DNA of 55,950 nt, counting the filler, from Platydemus manokwari (Eukaryota), in the NCBI GenBank assembly GCA_037951405.1. It is 4 parts of 4 records of this genome, joined end to end, with 100 filler letters (N's around TTAATTAATTAA, not from the genome) between each part and the next. Parts side by side here need not be neighbours in the genome. Positions count along the whole stretch, not along the records: positions 46,115 to 55,950 come from JBBMOY011198654.1; 3 more parts are not named here. The stretch is one strand, 5' to 3'. Positions 52,661 through 55,950 of this stretch are shown here, one piece after another. How positions within the stretch are numbered: the stretch's first letter is position 1; each line of letters opens with the position of its first letter. A program made the position numbers and the translations under genes. Below the pieces are notes generated by a model that saw nothing but the letters and a program-made list of their open reading frames with translations, had not been told where the DNA came from and ran no database searches.

Positions 52661-55600
52661 TTTTTTTATTTTAGCTTTAGAGACACAGGCTTATAATTCT
52701 TATAATGATATATTATAATTATCTAATCACTTGAAACCCATAATAAAGAATATTAATCATTTTTAAAATCAATTTCAAAACACAGCTTGGTGTTGATAAA
52801 GATAACAATTCGAGTGATTCAAATATTGATTTTAAATAATAACAATAATATATGGTTTTCGTCTTGATAATTATTAAGTACCTTTGAGATGAATAAAAAA
52901 AATTTCAGAAAATATTGACAATGATTGATAATAAAAAAATATATGTATTAGAAAAAACATTTCTCACAAGTCATTTGGAATTGGTGCAATTTTGCTACAA
53001 ATATTTAACCGTAATTATTTCCAAAAAATTCTCCAATAAAACATTTACAAAATACAGTCATTAAATATAATAACAGATATAAATATTAATATAAAATATC
53101 ATATGAAAACATGAATGAATAGATAAACAATCATTCTGAAAATTGAAAACCAATAAAAAACCATTCTCCAAATTCCTAGATTAAATCAATTTTTCTATAA
53201 TATTGGTCGAGAACAAAGTTTAATAAAAATAATTCAAACTGTTTCAATATTAATGGGACAATTTTTCGGAATCTATTAAAATTCAAAAGACACATTGCGA
53301 TTGTAATATAGAATGAAATAATAATAATAAATACTGAATGTCAAATCAAATTGACTGGTGTGGATTTGTGGGCGTTAGTTTTAGATCAGTGATTCAATCC
53401 GATCAATTTAGACAAATGGTCATCAAATGATAGCAAAAAGTATCAATTCAAATAAATATTACTTTTATTACAAAATTAATTTGTCAAGACATGAAATAAA
53501 ATAACCAAAACAATTAATTGAAAAATGTAATTTCAGAAAGAACTGTTTATTCAATGTGTTCCGATATCAAAATATCCATCACAAATGATATTAAAAATAA
53601 TTATTATCAGTTTCATACAGAAATTTTACTTGTCATATGATTTATTATAATGTTCATATAATAATGTGCTGTATTACTGATCTTTAATAAATTATTATTT
53701 GAAAAAAACCCGAATATTTTTACAGATTCTTTGATTTTCTCAGTGCCTCTTAACCAATTCTATTCGAGATGTTGGCCAGATCCCATCATAATCATTTTGA
53801 TAGTTTTGATTATTTTTTTACAATAATAAGAGCCAACTGAAAGATTTTATCATTCCGTCAACTGATCATTTCTGTAATTCTTAACGCCATAAATTTATCA
53901 CACATAAATATATACACTGAAAATAATCCGTGAACAGTAACGGTATACAAAATAAAAATGAGATATAATTTCATTTGTTTCCAACCTTTATTTATTATTA
54001 TATCCACTTTATCTTCGATATTTTACATTTAATTTCAATTTAATATATACATTAAACACATTCTCGTACGTTGTCGGAGAATCATAATAATGTCTATAAG
54101 ATTAAGAGATTAAGTCGATCAAACCCAAACCAGGTCATGATCATTATTTGATTCATCTTTTATTTTCGGTTAAATTATATTAATCAAATTCTATTTTCAA
54201 TACATATGAGTAATTCACATTGTTACGAATAATAAATAAAAACAATACCATAAAATGGTGATTCATTTTAATTCTGTTCATTTCAAAGGATAAACATCTA
54301 TCGAACTTTTTCATTATCCGTTTACTTGAAAGATCGAAAAAACGTAAAATGATCAAATGGAATCTTATCATTTTTAAAGGTCCCCTGATCATTATCAATA
54401 GATCATTTCTCATTTATTTGCAAAACATCCTTATCTACCAACACTACTAACATATTGTAAGTTTATTATTAATTTGTTATTGACAGTGAGACTTGTTTCT
54501 GTTGCTTTACAACCGGATATATAAAAAGTAAGAAGTCGTAAATAAAGAAATAAGACAAGAAAAATTCAACCCAATAATATGTAACGTAACACTTATTCCA
54601 CAAAAAACTTCAACAAGAGAAAAACTGTGTAGCTGCAAGCAAAAAATTAATATTTGATACATTATTGGAAGATATGAACTTTAAAACAGAAAAATAACAT
54701 AATTCATCTATTATTTTACAAAGACATAAACAAAATTGCAAAACTTATAAAAACACTACCGCAGTACCATAGTTTATATTAAAATAATTTTGACGATAAA
54801 TTCTGTAGACTATTTTGATGACTTTGACACTTTGGAATCTTTGATATACAAGAATCAAACGAACATTAAAACACACAAAATGAATATCTTGCTCTAAGGA
54901 ATTTATTTCAGTCTATTTTAGCAGTAAAATTTGCTAATATTCCCACATATTTAATTAGTTATCAATCGGTAATATAATATATATATATATATCGTCGAGA
55001 TAATCTAGATCCCAAAATGGTTCTAATGAATAAAAGAACTAAAATTGTAACCAAATTTAATTTTTCAATGTTATCATACACACACACATATGTATATATA
55101 AATATATAAAATATAACTTAGTGATACATTTATTACAAATAAACATCGTTTTCGAAGTAATGGTCTGCACAATTTTAATAAGATGTAGAGGTCATTTCAA
55201 GCCCAATGTAAAATACTAACTCAATAAAATAGTTTCTTATTTATAAAATAATGTCTCAAACGACGTATTAATATTTTATAATGGCTAGTAATCTTCTACA
55301 ATCAGTAGTCATATGAAAATCAAGATGAATGGAACCTACCTAGCTGAAACCAATTCGAAAATCACTCTTTTATGATTAAAAATTTATTTTATTCTACAAA
55401 TAATTTTTTACTTGATTCATGACTATTTTTATCTTGTCAGCTTCTAAACATACATTCTCTGGACTTAATATTTCTATGACCTAGATAATGCATATATCGA
55501 TTTGCAGTGTCTTTAAATATTTAAATTGTCTCTAATAATCTATGCCAACTTCTAAAATTATTCACACATACGTCACAATTAACAAAAAGCATGAACTACA

Positions 55601-55950
55601 CCGATATTGTATGCTTTCAACATTATTTACAGTCTCCGGTGTCTGGTAAATTTTAATTTCAAATGTCTTATTAGCTGTTCAGTTGCATATTCTTTGACAA
55701 ATAATCTATAATAAGTATGGTTAGAATTTAGATCTAGAAAATTAATGATATTAAAATGATATAAAATTCTAATAAAATGTTAGCGCGTCTTAAACAAATT
55801 AATAAATCAAAACAATAAATCAAACTTTGAGAATATTCTATATACTAAAATCCAATTAATAATTTTATTGTGAATTTTCAATATTTTTTGATCAATTTAA
55901 CCAAAATATTAGATAACTCTTGCTTGATAAAATATTACACATGAACATCA

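Overview
AT-rich metazoan nuclear DNA with GT-AG introns (many only 41-60 nt) and three 100-bp scaffold gaps, each carrying an artificial TTAATTAATTAA spacer. Low GC, (AAT)n tracts and short introns would fit a triclad flatworm or a similar invertebrate, but that is only an inference. Spliced genes were reconstructed by hand: NDUFA9; a tandem-doublecortin (DCX) protein with a 13-aa repeat and no visible kinase domain; an orphan two-exon gene; a minus-strand signal-peptide + Ig-domain gene; two tandem ACOT13/THEM2 hotdog thioesterases (one with HGG replaced by DSG); TDRD12 (Tudor + degenerate DEAD-box + CCCH, cut off by a gap); and a Ser/Thr/Pro-rich exon. Mobile DNA includes a family of short-LTR retroelements: a TRIM-like miniature, a partial copy and a degenerate gag-only element with three zinc knuckles, with related LTRs and a tRNA-Arg-type PBS in two of the copies. 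There is also a Tc1/mariner remnant. No prokaryotic-type systems or CRISPR arrays are present. All family calls come from recalled motifs; no database searches were run.
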